DNA of 24,840 nucleotides from the IMG/VR virus record IMGVR_UViG_3300025132_000001. The stretch is one strand, 5' to 3'. The DNA is from an uncultured virus (IMG/VR IMGVR_UViG_3300025132_000001). Lineage: Duplodnaviria; Heunggongvirae; Uroviricota; Caudoviricetes. A program made the position numbers and the translations under genes. Position 1 is the first letter of the stretch, and every line of letters begins with the position of its first letter. Under the pieces are notes generated by a model, which had not been told where the DNA came from, did no database searches, and worked only from the letters and a program-made list of their open reading frames with translations. This document shows positions 1-12,300 of this stretch, one piece after another.

Positions 1-1
1 T

Positions 2-799
2 CAAGCAAATCCTAATAATCTTATTAGAGAAGATAGCTTTTTTGGAGAACAAACTACTAGAACTGCATTTGCTCCTACAGAAGTAAATGAAAATAATCCA
101 CCAGATGAAACTCCTCCAGGAGTACAATGGAAATCTCCAAACGACTGGAGATGGTTAATACCAGCAGTAGGGGCAGCGGCACAATTAATTGGGCCTTTAA
201 AAGCAAGAAATTTAAAACCTCGTTTTACTAGTGCAATGATGCAACCAAAAACAAGTTTAGAAAGAGTTGATATGAATCAACAAAGATCGGCAAATACAGC
301 TGATTTAAATGCTTTAAAAACTTATGTAGGTAATAATGTAGGAGGACCTGCTTCTATGGCAAATATACAAGCTGCATTTGCTGCTAAACGAAGAGCTGAT
401 GCTGAAGTATGGCAAAAAGAAAATGAAATGAATGCAGGTATTGCAAATGCAGAATCAAAAATAAATGCAGAAATTGTAGCAAATAATGCTAAAAATGCAT
501 TAGCTGCAAATACTTTTAATGCTGAAGCGCTTACTAGAAACGACGAAACTAAATTAGCTGCTTGGGACGCAATGGGTAATAGAATAGGTGGAATGGCTAA
601 AGATTGGTTAGGATATTTAGCTGAAAGAGATAAAGCGAGAGCAATAGCTGGACCAGAAATGTACGATAGAAATTTATTTTTTGCTGCAAATCCACATTTA
701 GATCCAACTTCAGAAGAAGCTGCAACTGCTCTTAATGAATGGAGAAAAGGTAAAAAACAAAATACTTATAAGATGTTATATAATAAAAATTGGACATAA
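2..799 (+). CDS. Putative virion internal/cargo protein, 5'-truncated (at least 265 aa), Ala/Asn-rich and helical
   Basis: The frame of the tracked ORF 236..799 is open back to base 2 (QANPNNLIREDSFF...WRWLIPAVGAAAQLIGPL...), so the gene starts before the window. It contains N-A repeats (ENEMNAGIANAESKINAEIVANNAKNALAANTFNA) and no Cys. Its TAA overlaps the next ATG. Function is inferred from context only. Confidence 0.75.
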   Translation, partial: QANPNNLIREDSFFGEQTTRTAFAPTEVNENNPPDETPPGVQWKSPNDWRWLIPAVGAAAQLIGPLKARNLKPRFTSAMMQPKTSLERVDMNQQRSANTADLNALKTYVGNNVGGPASMANIQAAFAAKRRADAEVWQKENEMNAGIANAESKINAEIVANNAKNALAANTFNAEALTRNDETKLAAWDAMGNRIGGMAKDWLGYLAERDKARAIAGPEMYDRNLFFAANPHLDPTSEEAATALNEWRKGKKQNTYKMLYNKNWT

Positions 800-3357
800 T
801 GAAATATAAATTTCAACAAGGAGGCGGGTTTAATTTTCAACCATATCAATCAGTATTTGAGCCAACAGGAAAACTGGAAATTGCTCAATATATGCGTGAA
901 AAATATGACCAAACTAAAGAAAACAGAGATTTAGTTTCAAGGGCATTAGCTACATTTGAAACTTCTCCTGGAGACGCACATTTGGTTACTAAAGCTACTG
1001 ATCATATTAATGAGCTTCTTGCTGGAGTAGATGCAACTGGTGCATATGAAAAAGCAGGAGCTGTAGTTTCTGAAGCATATAATTATTTACTTAGCGATAA
1101 AGGATTAACGTTAGCAAAGCGATCTCAAGATATGCGTAATAAAGAACTTGCTTGGCAATCTGAATATCAAATGAAAAATCCTGGAGCACGTGTTTTAGGA
1201 TTTGGAGACGAAGCATGGAAAACTCATGTTTCTTATAAAACAAATGATGATGGTAGTATATATGAAAATATATATCGACCTACTAATGAAATACAAGCTG
1301 ATTATTCAGCTGAAATGAATAATATGTTAAAACGTATTGGCCAGTCTGTAGACGCATCAGGTAATGCTATGGGAATTACTCAACAAAATGCAGACATGAT
1401 AGGAGAATTAATGTTTAATTCTTATTTAGGTGATATGGCTGAAGAAGCACAATCTGGAGAATTTGATTATAATAATGTCACTTTAACTGGATCTGATGTA
1501 GGTATGCAAGATTATAAAAGATTAATGGAGATAGATTTAAAGCATATTGCTAATATGGAAGAAAGACATTTAGCTGCAATTAGTGATATTAAAAAAAGAA
1601 TTAAGTTTACTACACAACAATGGGTAAATCAAACTGCAATGTCTCAAAATTTAAAAGTAGATGGAGTTATACCGCATGATGAAATTAATGATTTAACTAA
1701 ATCAGAAACAAATGTTTCAGTTGATGCTAGTAAAACAGTTGATGCTATATTAGATAATAATGCAAATACATTAGATGTTCTTGATAATCCAAATATGACT
1801 CAATTAAGTAAAGAGGAGGCTTTGGTTCAGTATAATATACAACAATCTCTTAAAAATAACTTTAGAACAAATGCTTTAAAAACTGGATTATCTTCACAAG
1901 GTATTGATGCAGGACAAACTAATCAAATTATTGACGAGTTTAATTTTTATGAAGGAACTGGAGAAGGACAATTATTTGAAGGTCATGAAGAACTATATAT
2001 TTTAGCAGATTTTATGACTAAAGATAATGATATTCTTGATGAATTACTTTCAGGAAATCTTCCAATAGATATGGGTATTGCTGGTGGAGAAGGCTTTGAT
2101 CCTGGTCAAGTTTTAACAGATGCTTCAAAATATGGATTTGGTGTTGGTACTGGTAGTGTTATAGCTAAAAAATTATTTAAAAAGAATTTAAAAGGAATGC
2201 CAAATTTCTGGAAAACAGCTCTTACAACTGCAGCTGGAGTAACTCTTTATAATGCAATGAATTATAAGTTTACAGGATTTGAAAATGTAAATGATTGGTT
2301 GCGTAGTAATGCTCCAGAAGGAGAAAAAGGTTTATTAGATTATTTAAATCCAATACAAAACGAAGTTGATTTTATTAAAACACAATTAACAGGGCAGTCT
2401 GCAATTAATTATTTTAACGATTTAGCAGGAACTAATTATACAAATAATGATGAGTGGGCGCAAAATGTAGATAGAGTAGTAGCATTATGGGAATATAGAA
2501 AACGAGGTGGAAATATTTCTAAACAACATGGATTTTCAGGAACTCAATTACAAAATGTAATGAATACTCAAAGTAATATAGTATATGATACAAACGTTAT
2601 TACTCCAGATTGGAGTAAAGTAGACGCTTATTATGACAGTATAAAAGACTCAGATTTTAAAACAAATTTCTTAGCGCAATGGGATCAAGGAGAAGGAGTT
2701 GTTCAAAATAGTATTACTACTTTTAAATTAGCGGGCAGTTTAACAAATACTACTGATTGGCATTCTATTTTAGGTTATGATAGCGATATGGGTTTAAGTC
2801 AAGTTGATGTTGATTTAGTTGGATTTTTACCTGCAGATATTAGTACTAATACACCTCCTTTAACAGTAGTTTCTGTAAAGAGAGGAGATGATTCTTATCA
2901 AAATTATATAGTTCAAGGAGTACCTGTTTCAGGAGAAGTAGAATCTCATAGAACACGAAATATGATGTCTCAATTGAAAAAAGAAACTTTAGTTATAGAA
3001 GATAATGCAAGGCTTCTAGCTAATAATAAATTAAACACTGGGCAAACACATACAAAAGGACAACTTAAAGGTATAGACGTTTATAATAGTTTGCTTGAGG
3101 CTTATACAACATATAACGGAGGTACTATAAATAAAGAATACGCTGAAGCAAAAGCTTCTGAATATATAATACAATCATTTAGAAATGCTAATCCAGAAAT
3201 TTCTTCTAAAATAGAGCAGGTATATAATAGTAATCCTAGTATATTTGTAGATACAGATGGTCGAGGATTAACATTATCTGATGTATATAGAAGTATAATA
3301 TGGAATGGAAGTAAGGAATTCCAAGTACAACCTTATGTTATGACGACCTTACGATAA
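799..3357 (+). CDS. Putative virion cargo/ejection protein (852 aa)
   Basis: The track starts at TTG 790, but ATG 799 overlaps the upstream TAA (TAATG) and is the likelier start (MKYKFQQGG). There is a Gly-rich hydrophobic segment at about 2131-2262 (YGFGVGTGSVIAKKLF...FWKTALTTAAGVTLYNAM) and no Cys. The gene lies directly upstream of the vRNAP gene. Confidence 0.75.
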   Translation: MKYKFQQGGGFNFQPYQSVFEPTGKLEIAQYMREKYDQTKENRDLVSRALATFETSPGDAHLVTKATDHINELLAGVDATGAYEKAGAVVSEAYNYLLSDKGLTLAKRSQDMRNKELAWQSEYQMKNPGARVLGFGDEAWKTHVSYKTNDDGSIYENIYRPTNEIQADYSAEMNNMLKRIGQSVDASGNAMGITQQNADMIGELMFNSYLGDMAEEAQSGEFDYNNVTLTGSDVGMQDYKRLMEIDLKHIANMEERHLAAISDIKKRIKFTTQQWVNQTAMSQNLKVDGVIPHDEINDLTKSETNVSVDASKTVDAILDNNANTLDVLDNPNMTQLSKEEALVQYNIQQSLKNNFRTNALKTGLSSQGIDAGQTNQIIDEFNFYEGTGEGQLFEGHEELYILADFMTKDNDILDELLSGNLPIDMGIAGGEGFDPGQVLTDASKYGFGVGTGSVIAKKLFKKNLKGMPNFWKTALTTAAGVTLYNAMNYKFTGFENVNDWLRSNAPEGEKGLLDYLNPIQNEVDFIKTQLTGQSAINYFNDLAGTNYTNNDEWAQNVDRVVALWEYRKRGGNISKQHGFSGTQLQNVMNTQSNIVYDTNVITPDWSKVDAYYDSIKDSDFKTNFLAQWDQGEGVVQNSITTFKLAGSLTNTTDWHSILGYDSDMGLSQVDVDLVGFLPADISTNTPPLTVVSVKRGDDSYQNYIVQGVPVSGEVESHRTRNMMSQLKKETLVIEDNARLLANNKLNTGQTHTKGQLKGIDVYNSLLEAYTTYNGGTINKEYAEAKASEYIIQSFRNANPEISSKIEQVYNSNPSIFVDTDGRGLTLSDVYRSIIWNGSKEFQVQPYVMTTLR

Positions 3358-3367
3358 ACTAAATAAT

Positions 3368-6300
3368 ATGGCTAAAAGAAAAAAATATCAATCTGAAGGA
3401 GTATTAGATTACGATGCTTGGAACCAAGAGTTCAATGAAGAGTTTGCGGGACAAACAGCTCCAGATGCAGAGATATCAACAGTTCCTCAACCTTTTAAAG
3501 AAACAAATTTTAATTTATTAGATGCTGTTATTACTACTTCTGAGAATAGAGAAGAAACTTTTAACCAAGCAATAAATCAAAATAGTAATTGGTCACCTTT
3601 ACATGGTGCTACTTTTAATGTTCCTGATTACGAATCCTATCAAAAATATATAGATCGACCTTTTTCTTTTATATCTGATGATCCAGATGACATGCGTGCT
3701 AGAAACCAATCTTTTGGTGAAAAAGCTTTGTATGGTACAACTAAATTACTGACTCGTACTGGTACTAATATTTTAGGATCTACTGTAGGTTTATTTTATG
3801 GTGGTGCTTCTTATATTGATACATTAGTTACTGGTGGACCAGATGCAAGTCCATGGAAAAGTTTTTGGGATAATGATTTTCAACGATCTTTAGATGGAAT
3901 TAATGATTGGATGGATAATCAATTACCACATTATTATACTAAAGAAGAACAACAATATAACTTCTTTAGATCTATGGGGACTGCAAATTTTTGGTTTAAT
4001 GATTTTACACAAGGAGCATCTTTTGTAATGGGAGCTGTTTTGTCTGAAGCTTTAATGAGAGGTTTAGGTAATAGTGCTGCTGTTAGTAAAGCTAATGAAT
4101 TATTTAGAAAAAGTTTTAGTAAAGGTAAATATGAAAAGGTAGGCATAACTCAACAAGAACGTATGAACAGCTTTATGAAAAACGTTGTTAGACCTAGACA
4201 GTTATCTAATGCAGCTGTTAGATTAAGGCAGTTGGGTACAGGAGCTATGTATGAAGCAGGAGTAGAATCAAGACATAATTATGATCGTACATTAGAACAT
4301 TTAGTTCAAATGCACAAAGACGATAATAATGGTCAACAGCCTAATGTTCAAGATATGGCTGATTATGTAGATATTGCAACTAAAACAGCAAATTCTGTTT
4401 GGGCAGGAAATGTAGCATTAGTAGGATATGGTAATTATATGATGTTTCCTAAAATTTTTGGTAAAGGTTATAATGGGACTAAAGCTAATCTTAGAAATAA
4501 AATTAAAACGCAAAACACTATTTTACCAAGAGGTAAAACAAGAACATATAAAAATATACGAGATGACTATGGAAAGTTTGAAGGTATGATGAGAAACATA
4601 TCAAGAATTTTAAAAGTTCCATTATATGAAGGTTTTGTAGAAGAAGGAGGACAAAAAGTATTAGATCTTGCAGGTCATCATGCGGCTGAAACTTTTTATT
4701 TAGCAAAAGCTGATCCTACATATAAATTAGCTGTTGGAGAATTAATGAATTCTATGGACGACGTGTGGGCTAAAGCATACGGATCAACAGAGGGACAAAA
4801 AGAAATAGGGATTGGATTTTTATTAGCTCTTATGGGCGTACCAGGCTATTCTAATACAGCTAATAAAGGTAAAGGTGGATGGACTTGGGTTGGAGGGGCT
4901 ATGCAAAGGGAAGCTGAATTTAAAAAAGAGCAAGAACAAGTTGAAAAATTAGTAGCCTTAGTAAAAAAACATCCACATTTATGGGATGCCACAGAAGCTA
5001 ATTTTAATGCCCTTGTAAGAGCAGAAGTATTAAAAGATATACAAGATGCAGGACTAGTAGTTAATAGTAGTTTTCAATTTAAAAATTCTGAGAATAACGA
5101 AATGTTAAATTTAATCCTTAAAAAAATACAAGCAGGATTAGATTTTACTTTGTATGAAGATATTGATTACATACGAAATATGCGTGTTGATAAGTTTAGA
5201 GAGACATTTGGATGGATGGATCTTGCAGATTTAACTGATGATCAAATTAAAACTAAAAGAAACGAAACTGCAGATTTATTTGCAAATAAAATAGAAGAAG
5301 TAAAAGAAATGTATAATATAGCTTCTACTACATTTACTAATTTTGGTGCAGATCAATTATTTAGTGTCGTTGAAGCTATGGCTGTTCCAAAAGATTCTGA
5401 TACAAGAATGGCTGCGATGAATAAAGAAGCGCGAGAGTTAATGGGAGGAAATATTGAATTAGAAGTTGAAACAGAAAATGTTTCTGATCTAAACAAAAAT
5501 GAACAACAAGGACTTCTTGATAGATTAAGTAATATTTGGAATAGATTAACTGGAAAACAAAAAGATAATATTAATAAATCTCCTGAAGGAAAAAGAACAA
5601 AACGTAAATTAGGTATTAATGAGTTTACAAAAGCTTCTCATGTAGAAGAGTTGTTTGTTACAATTACTGAAGATGTTGCAGCATTAGATAGAAAAATTAA
5701 AGAAGTTGAAAGTGATACTACTTTAACAGAAAAACAAAGAGAAAAAGAATTAAAAAAACTTGAACTTGAAAAAGAAGCTTTACATCAAAGAACAGCAGAA
5801 TTAAGTAAAGGAATTAAAGAAGGATTAGATCCAGATTTAAGTTCTCAAGAACAAGAGATTTTAGATAAATGGAAAAAACAAGATCCTGCAGGCTATGAGC
5901 AAAATTCAGAAAAAGTAATTAATCTTCTTAAAGATATGAGATTACTAAGAGCACGTGCACATAGAGCTACAGATATGTTAAATTATCTTAAAGCTGAACA
6001 TAATGTCGCATTAAGAGAAAATAGTACTTGGTCTAAAGTTGGAAAACATTTACCTAGACCTGAGATCTTACGACAAAGAATGATTGGGTATCAAACAGAT
6101 TTATCTAAAAATATAACAGATACTGAACTGAAAAAAATATACGATAGATATGCAGGTTCTTTTATTGAATTTGATTATACTAGATCTTCTAAAGTAGTTA
6201 TCGGGGACTATAAAAAACATGCTGCTGAAAATAATTTATTAGATTCAGTAACAGCTTTAGCACTAGATAAAATTAATACAGGTAAAATGTCTGAACAAGA

Positions 6301-9300
6301 CGCTTGGAAACAGGCGTTGGAAGAAAAAGGTATTCCATTAGAAGAGCATGCAGAAAAAACTTATAGAGTATTTGTACAAAAAGATTCAGGTACAACTAAT
6401 GAGTCTAAAGTTTTAATTATATATCCTAATAAATTAACTATTGAGTTAATGAGGGAAAAAGAAATATTAGAACGTGTCTTAGAAGAAAACGCTACTAATG
6501 AAACTGCAAAAGAACAGTTAGAAGCTATTGAAAGAAGGTTAGCAGCTATAGGTACTAAACCACAAGTTAGAAGTTTATCTTGGTTAAAAGGTATAAAAAA
6601 TATTAGACGAGTTGATAAAAACATTGTTATTAAAGAAGAATTAGAGCTTATTTTAGAGTCTACAGAAGAGGATCTTCTTAAATCTATAAATGGTCAGCAT
6701 GAAAATATAAAAAAGCTTGAGGACGAGATAAAAGAAATAGCACAACAATTAAGATTATATAGAAAAGCAGAAAGAGAATATAGAAAGTCTCCTAAAACAG
6801 ATAAAGGAAATGTATATATTAAGATCCCAGGTGTAAGAGGTAGAGGTTTTACAGCACAAGGACTAGCTAATAAAATTCAAAGTTTTCAAGATAAGCAATC
6901 GGCTTTAAAACTTGAAGTAGAAGCATTAGATATAAGATTAAAAACACATTCAACACGATTAGCTACATTCTTTCAATTAAAGGAGCAGTTAGGAGAAGAA
7001 ACATCGTATCCTGATTTTGCTAATACAGTACAAGAATATTTTGATGAAAGGTGGAAAGGAGATAAATTAATGTTAGAACAATTAAGAAATACAGAAGCCT
7101 TTATGAATAACCCTATTATTAAAGGTATTTGGAAAGACTTAGATCCACAAAACGATCAGACTGAATTGATTGATGTTCTTACTAATATAGTTGTTACTAA
7201 TAAAGAACCTGTAGGAGAAGAATTAGAAATATTACAAGAAGCTCAAGCTGAATTACATCAAAGGGTAGAAGCTTTACGTGCGGCTGCAGAAAGATTAGGA
7301 AAAGAAATTACATTTAAAAAAGATGGCACATTTAGTTTAAGAGGTAAAGTTAAAGAAGCTACGACACGTGCAGAATATCAAGCTTATCTAGCTGAGATCA
7401 AAGAGCTAGAAGCTGCTATAGAACTTTTAGAATCAAATAAAATAGCTGAAAGTTTTGCAGGAGCAGAAACTGTATTACAAACCAGAGTACAAAGGTGGAA
7501 TAGGCATATTCAACTTAGTAATACAATTGTAGATAATATTACAAGTATTCAACAAATTATAGCAGATCTTACTGGAATAAAACAAGATGTTATAGATTAT
7601 GAATCTAATCCATATTCAGTAGAAGGAGATATGACTCAAGAAGAATTTGAAAATGCTGTTGAGGATGCAAATAAAAAATTAAAACCTGGACAAAGGTCTA
7701 AAGCATATACAAATTCTGTGCCAATTCATATACATGGGTTTAAAAAAACTATTGGAAATCATATACAAGCAATACAAAGACGAAGAGAACTTGTTGAAAA
7801 AGATGTATTAACTCCACAAGAACAAAGAGAGTTGGCAGCTATGGAAGCTCAGTTAAGATTCTTTTATGTTTCTCATATTATGAGGTATAAAAGAAATAAG
7901 AGTGAAATTTTACGTAAAGATGAGCTAGCTTTTGAAGATTATGCCATTGCATTTGTACACAGAGGAATGTTTTCTAAAGAAAATATGGATAAACTTCCAG
8001 ATACATGGAAGTCTGTTATGCAAGCTGAAAATTCTTTTTTATTTTGGGACACTAAAACTAAAAATTATAAAGAAGCAAAAAGTACAGGGTGGTCAAAAAC
8101 ATTAGGAGCCAAGGTTAAAAATGAAAAAGATGAACATATTTTAGCTGTTATAGTAAATAAAAAAACTGGTGCTCCATTATTAGAAGATGGGATGCCTGTT
8201 TATACAGGAGTGATGACAGCTGAATTAACAGAAGAAGTCGTTGATGTAACGGGTAAAAAACAAAACATTACTAGGGGACAAAGAACAGATCTGAAAAAAG
8301 GAGCTAAAAAAGTAATGGTAAAAAGACCAGGAGAAAGAACAGCTAAAGAGGCGTGGGTAGGAACACCTTTACCTGCTGTAAAAGTTTTAGCAGATGAGCA
8401 TGCATCTTTTAGACAAGAAATTTTACAACAAACTGAGCCTTTAGCTGTTGATATTTCAGGTAAATCTCATGGTTTAACTAATTTTGATCAAGGGGTACAA
8501 AGAAAAGTTGCTAGTTCTCTTGTAGCAAATGAAGATTTAGTTAAAGATATTCAATTAGGAGTTTCTACAGATAAAGTACAAAATAAAGTAATTGTTGGTA
8601 AAAGAGAGTATAAAGTAAAAGCGGGCTTTGCATTTATAGATCATAACGATAATATATATAAAGTAAGAGTAGATAAATTAAATGCTTTTTATGTTAAACA
8701 AGTATATAATATGTTACGTTTATATGCTCGTAATTACTTTAATGATAAAATTGTTTTAGAAAATAAAAACAAATTTATGAATGTTAGTGCAGATAATGTT
8801 GCACAAAAAGTTACTGAAAAATCAATTACACAACAAATTAAAGATCTTATTTATTTTGGATCTCATACAAAAACTAGAGAAAAAAGAGCATATAAAATTT
8901 ATTTTGAAAATAATAAATTATACTTTGGTAATAGTGTAATGGATTTAACAGAATTAAATGATCCTGAATCTTTCTCAGAAATTCACACTGCTTTACAAGA
9001 ACATTTAGCTAATATGTATCATCAAATCAATGGTATTAATATATCTAAAGATTATGCAGCTAGAACAACGTATACATCTAAAAATAATCAAAAGCATAAA
9101 GCTTGGAAACAAAAGCTTGATAAGGCTAGTAAGCAAGGAGGATGGACAAATGCAAAAATTACAGCGGCAGTTGGTAAAGAAAAAAGTAAATTATTTGCTT
9201 TAAAAAATAAATGGTTAAAAAAGAATCCAGAGCCCAAAGCAGTATTCCAGCCATATGAGAAGTATACTGAAGTAATGGTAAATGATAATTTAGAAGTTAC

Positions 9301-12300
9301 TCAAAGAGAGTGGTCAAATTATACTGAGTTCTTATTAAGCCAAGGAAAAAGAAATACTCCAACAGCAAGAGAGATAGATGAAATTCCAATTAAATTAGAA
9401 TTATCAGCGCATCCAGGAGCCCTAACAGGATCAAATAAACATCTTAATGCTTCTAAAATAGGAGTCTATTTAAATTTTGGAAAAGCTAAAGCTGTAAGCG
9501 AATTAAAAAGACTTAATAAATTACAAGTTACTTCTCCAAATGTTACACCAGAACAACAAGAAGCAAGTAAATTATTACCTAATAGTGGAATTGAAGTTGG
9601 ACAAACATACGACTACAAAACACCAACGGGACAAAAATTAAGATTTACTTTAAAAGGAATTAATGCAGATTTAAGTTTAGATATTTCAATTAAAAAGGAA
9701 AAAATAGATGGAAAGTTAGTTGAAGTTTATTATGAACCAAATGGTACAATGAAACCAATGGGACCTAAATATAGAAGTTATTTAACTGGACAAGATTCTG
9801 CAGGAGTATGGGTAGGTGAAACTGGAATGTTATGGACTTTAGTAACAGATTCTAAAGGACGAACTGCACAACTAGTTAAAATACCTACAATACTACCTTC
9901 TCCTGAACCAGGTGAAACTAATCAAACGCCAACTAATCCTTTTCCAGGAGGAATGGGCAGTAATAAAGGTGGTAAATCAATGAGTAAAACTACTATTGAA
10001 ATAAGAGATGCTCATGAAACTATGAACTATAAAAAAGAGTATGAAAAGTTTGTAAAAATGGTCCCTAAAGACTCTAAAGGTAATCCTATATTTAAAGTAA
10101 GAAGAGTACGTAATTTACTTAATGGGACTAGTCATGGTTATTGGAGTGGGGTAGCAGATATTTTATTAGATCTAGAAGCACAGACAGGTGCACTTTACCA
10201 TGAGACATGGCATGCAATTGAAGATAGACTTTTAACTCCACAAGAAATAGCAGGAGTTAGAACAGAAGTAAGAAATATAAAAGGTAAAACATCTTTATTT
10301 GGGGCTCCTATTAAAATGGAAGCTCTTACAGATGAACAAATTTCTGAATGGATGGCTGAAGAATTTAGACATTATGTGTTAAATGAAGGTAATTATAAAA
10401 TAGGATCAAATGTACAAAAATCTGTATTACGTAAATTATTTGAATTTATTTTTAAATTTTTAAATAATTTAAATGTTTCACAAGATCTCTTTAAAAAAGT
10501 TCATACTGGTCACTATAATAAGGCTGTTGAAAATTATACTTTATTTGAACCTAAAACAGGTAAAGCAATGTCTAAATCTAGAATTAGTGGGGCAGTTGAA
10601 AAGAAAATAGTTGAAAGTATGTCTGTAGAATTATTTCATATTTTAAATGAACGAGATACATCTATTTCAGAAATTTTAAATATGGAACAATCTGATTTAT
10701 CATTTACTTTATATGAAGCGTATGGTTCAGCTTCAGCTTATGCAGAAAGTGTAGCTAATGGATCGCCTGACTCTAATACGGTATGGGCCCAATTAATGGT
10801 TAGTTTACAAAATGAAGTAACTCAAATAGATGAGTATTTAAAAAATACTAAAAATTTACATCCTGATTTTATAGCAAATGAAGAAGCTAGAAAAATGGGA
10901 TACATACTTACAGCACAAGCTTTAAATAATGATGCATATTGGGATAAACTTAAAAAATGGAATTTAAAAAATCTTCAAGGTCTACAAATTAATGCTAATC
11001 TTGCAGAAGTAATTGATTTAGATCAAATGGAAGGATTAGAAGAAAGCGAAGAAATTTCTAAGGATAAAGTAGCAACTGTTAATCCAAATAAAATTAATCC
11101 TGTTAAACTTTTATCTCCTGAAATAAAAGTATTATTAAAAACATTACCTGTTCAAAACTTTAGTAATAATATTGCAGGTACGTCTGCTTTAGCAGAATAT
11201 GGCGAGGTTATTAGAAATCTATATAAAAACCTATCTAATAAAGATACTTTATTTGATATGTGGTATGCATTAGAACAATTAGCAAGTGAAGATGCTACAT
11301 ATAAAGTTTTAATGCAAAGATTAAAAATAGAAGACTATGCAGCAGGTTTTGATAATTTAGATAACACGGAAATGGCATTAATGGTAGCTTTCTTTACAGG
11401 ATTTAATAAAGCTGCAGATTCATATGTAACACAGTTAGTTAGTAAAACGGGCGGAAGAAACTTTGTAAATTCTAATACTAACTTAATTGAAAACTTAACC
11501 ATGCAAAGATGGAAAGAAGGATTTCAAAATAGTTTATTTAGAAAAAATCTTGGAGCTTTAAATGAAGATGGTGTTTATGTTTTAAATACAGATGCTAAAT
11601 TAACTATTCAAGGTAAAACTAAAAAATTAGGAGAATGGTTTAAGAGTAGAAAAGATAAAGATACAATGCTTATTTTATTAAATGAGTTAGGAATTGTATT
11701 TAGTAATATGGATAATGTAACAGAACTTCTAGACTCTCCAATAGCAGAGAAAGAATTTATGACTGCTGCAAGTAGGATCTTTAGTGAGTTTACTCAATTA
11801 GACAATATAGTAGATATTTTTGAAGATGGTGGTGTTTTTGGTAGAATTAAACAATTAGTTACTATTGAACGTTTAACTACTTTAAAAGCTGTTACTCTAC
11901 AACATCCTAATGTTAATGGTGATCTAGTTTATGGTATTACTAAAAAACATTATATTAATAAATTAGCAGATAAGTTAAATAAAACAGATAGTGAAGTAGA
12001 GAACTTACTTAAATTTGAAAACTTAAAAAATTCTGTATGGTTAAATAGAATTTTAAATGGTGAAAAATTAGAAATTAGAATTCTAGAAGGAGTTAGAAAT
12101 AGAAATGATAAACGAGGACATGATATTTCTAAAACAATAAAAGCTAATATAGCTAATATGCATGTTAACAGTATTTTAGAAGGATACGTACCTTTAATTG
12201 TTACTGGTAATAAAAAGACTAGTAGATCGTTAAGAGTTGGTGAGCCTGGTATAATACCAAGACAAACAATGCTTCAAAGACTTACTGCTTATCTTGTCGA

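Noticed and set aside
790..798. TTG start at 790 for the second gene
   Set aside because: ATG 799 overlaps the upstream stop and places the K[YF]QxxG motif at the N-terminus, so it is the more plausible start.
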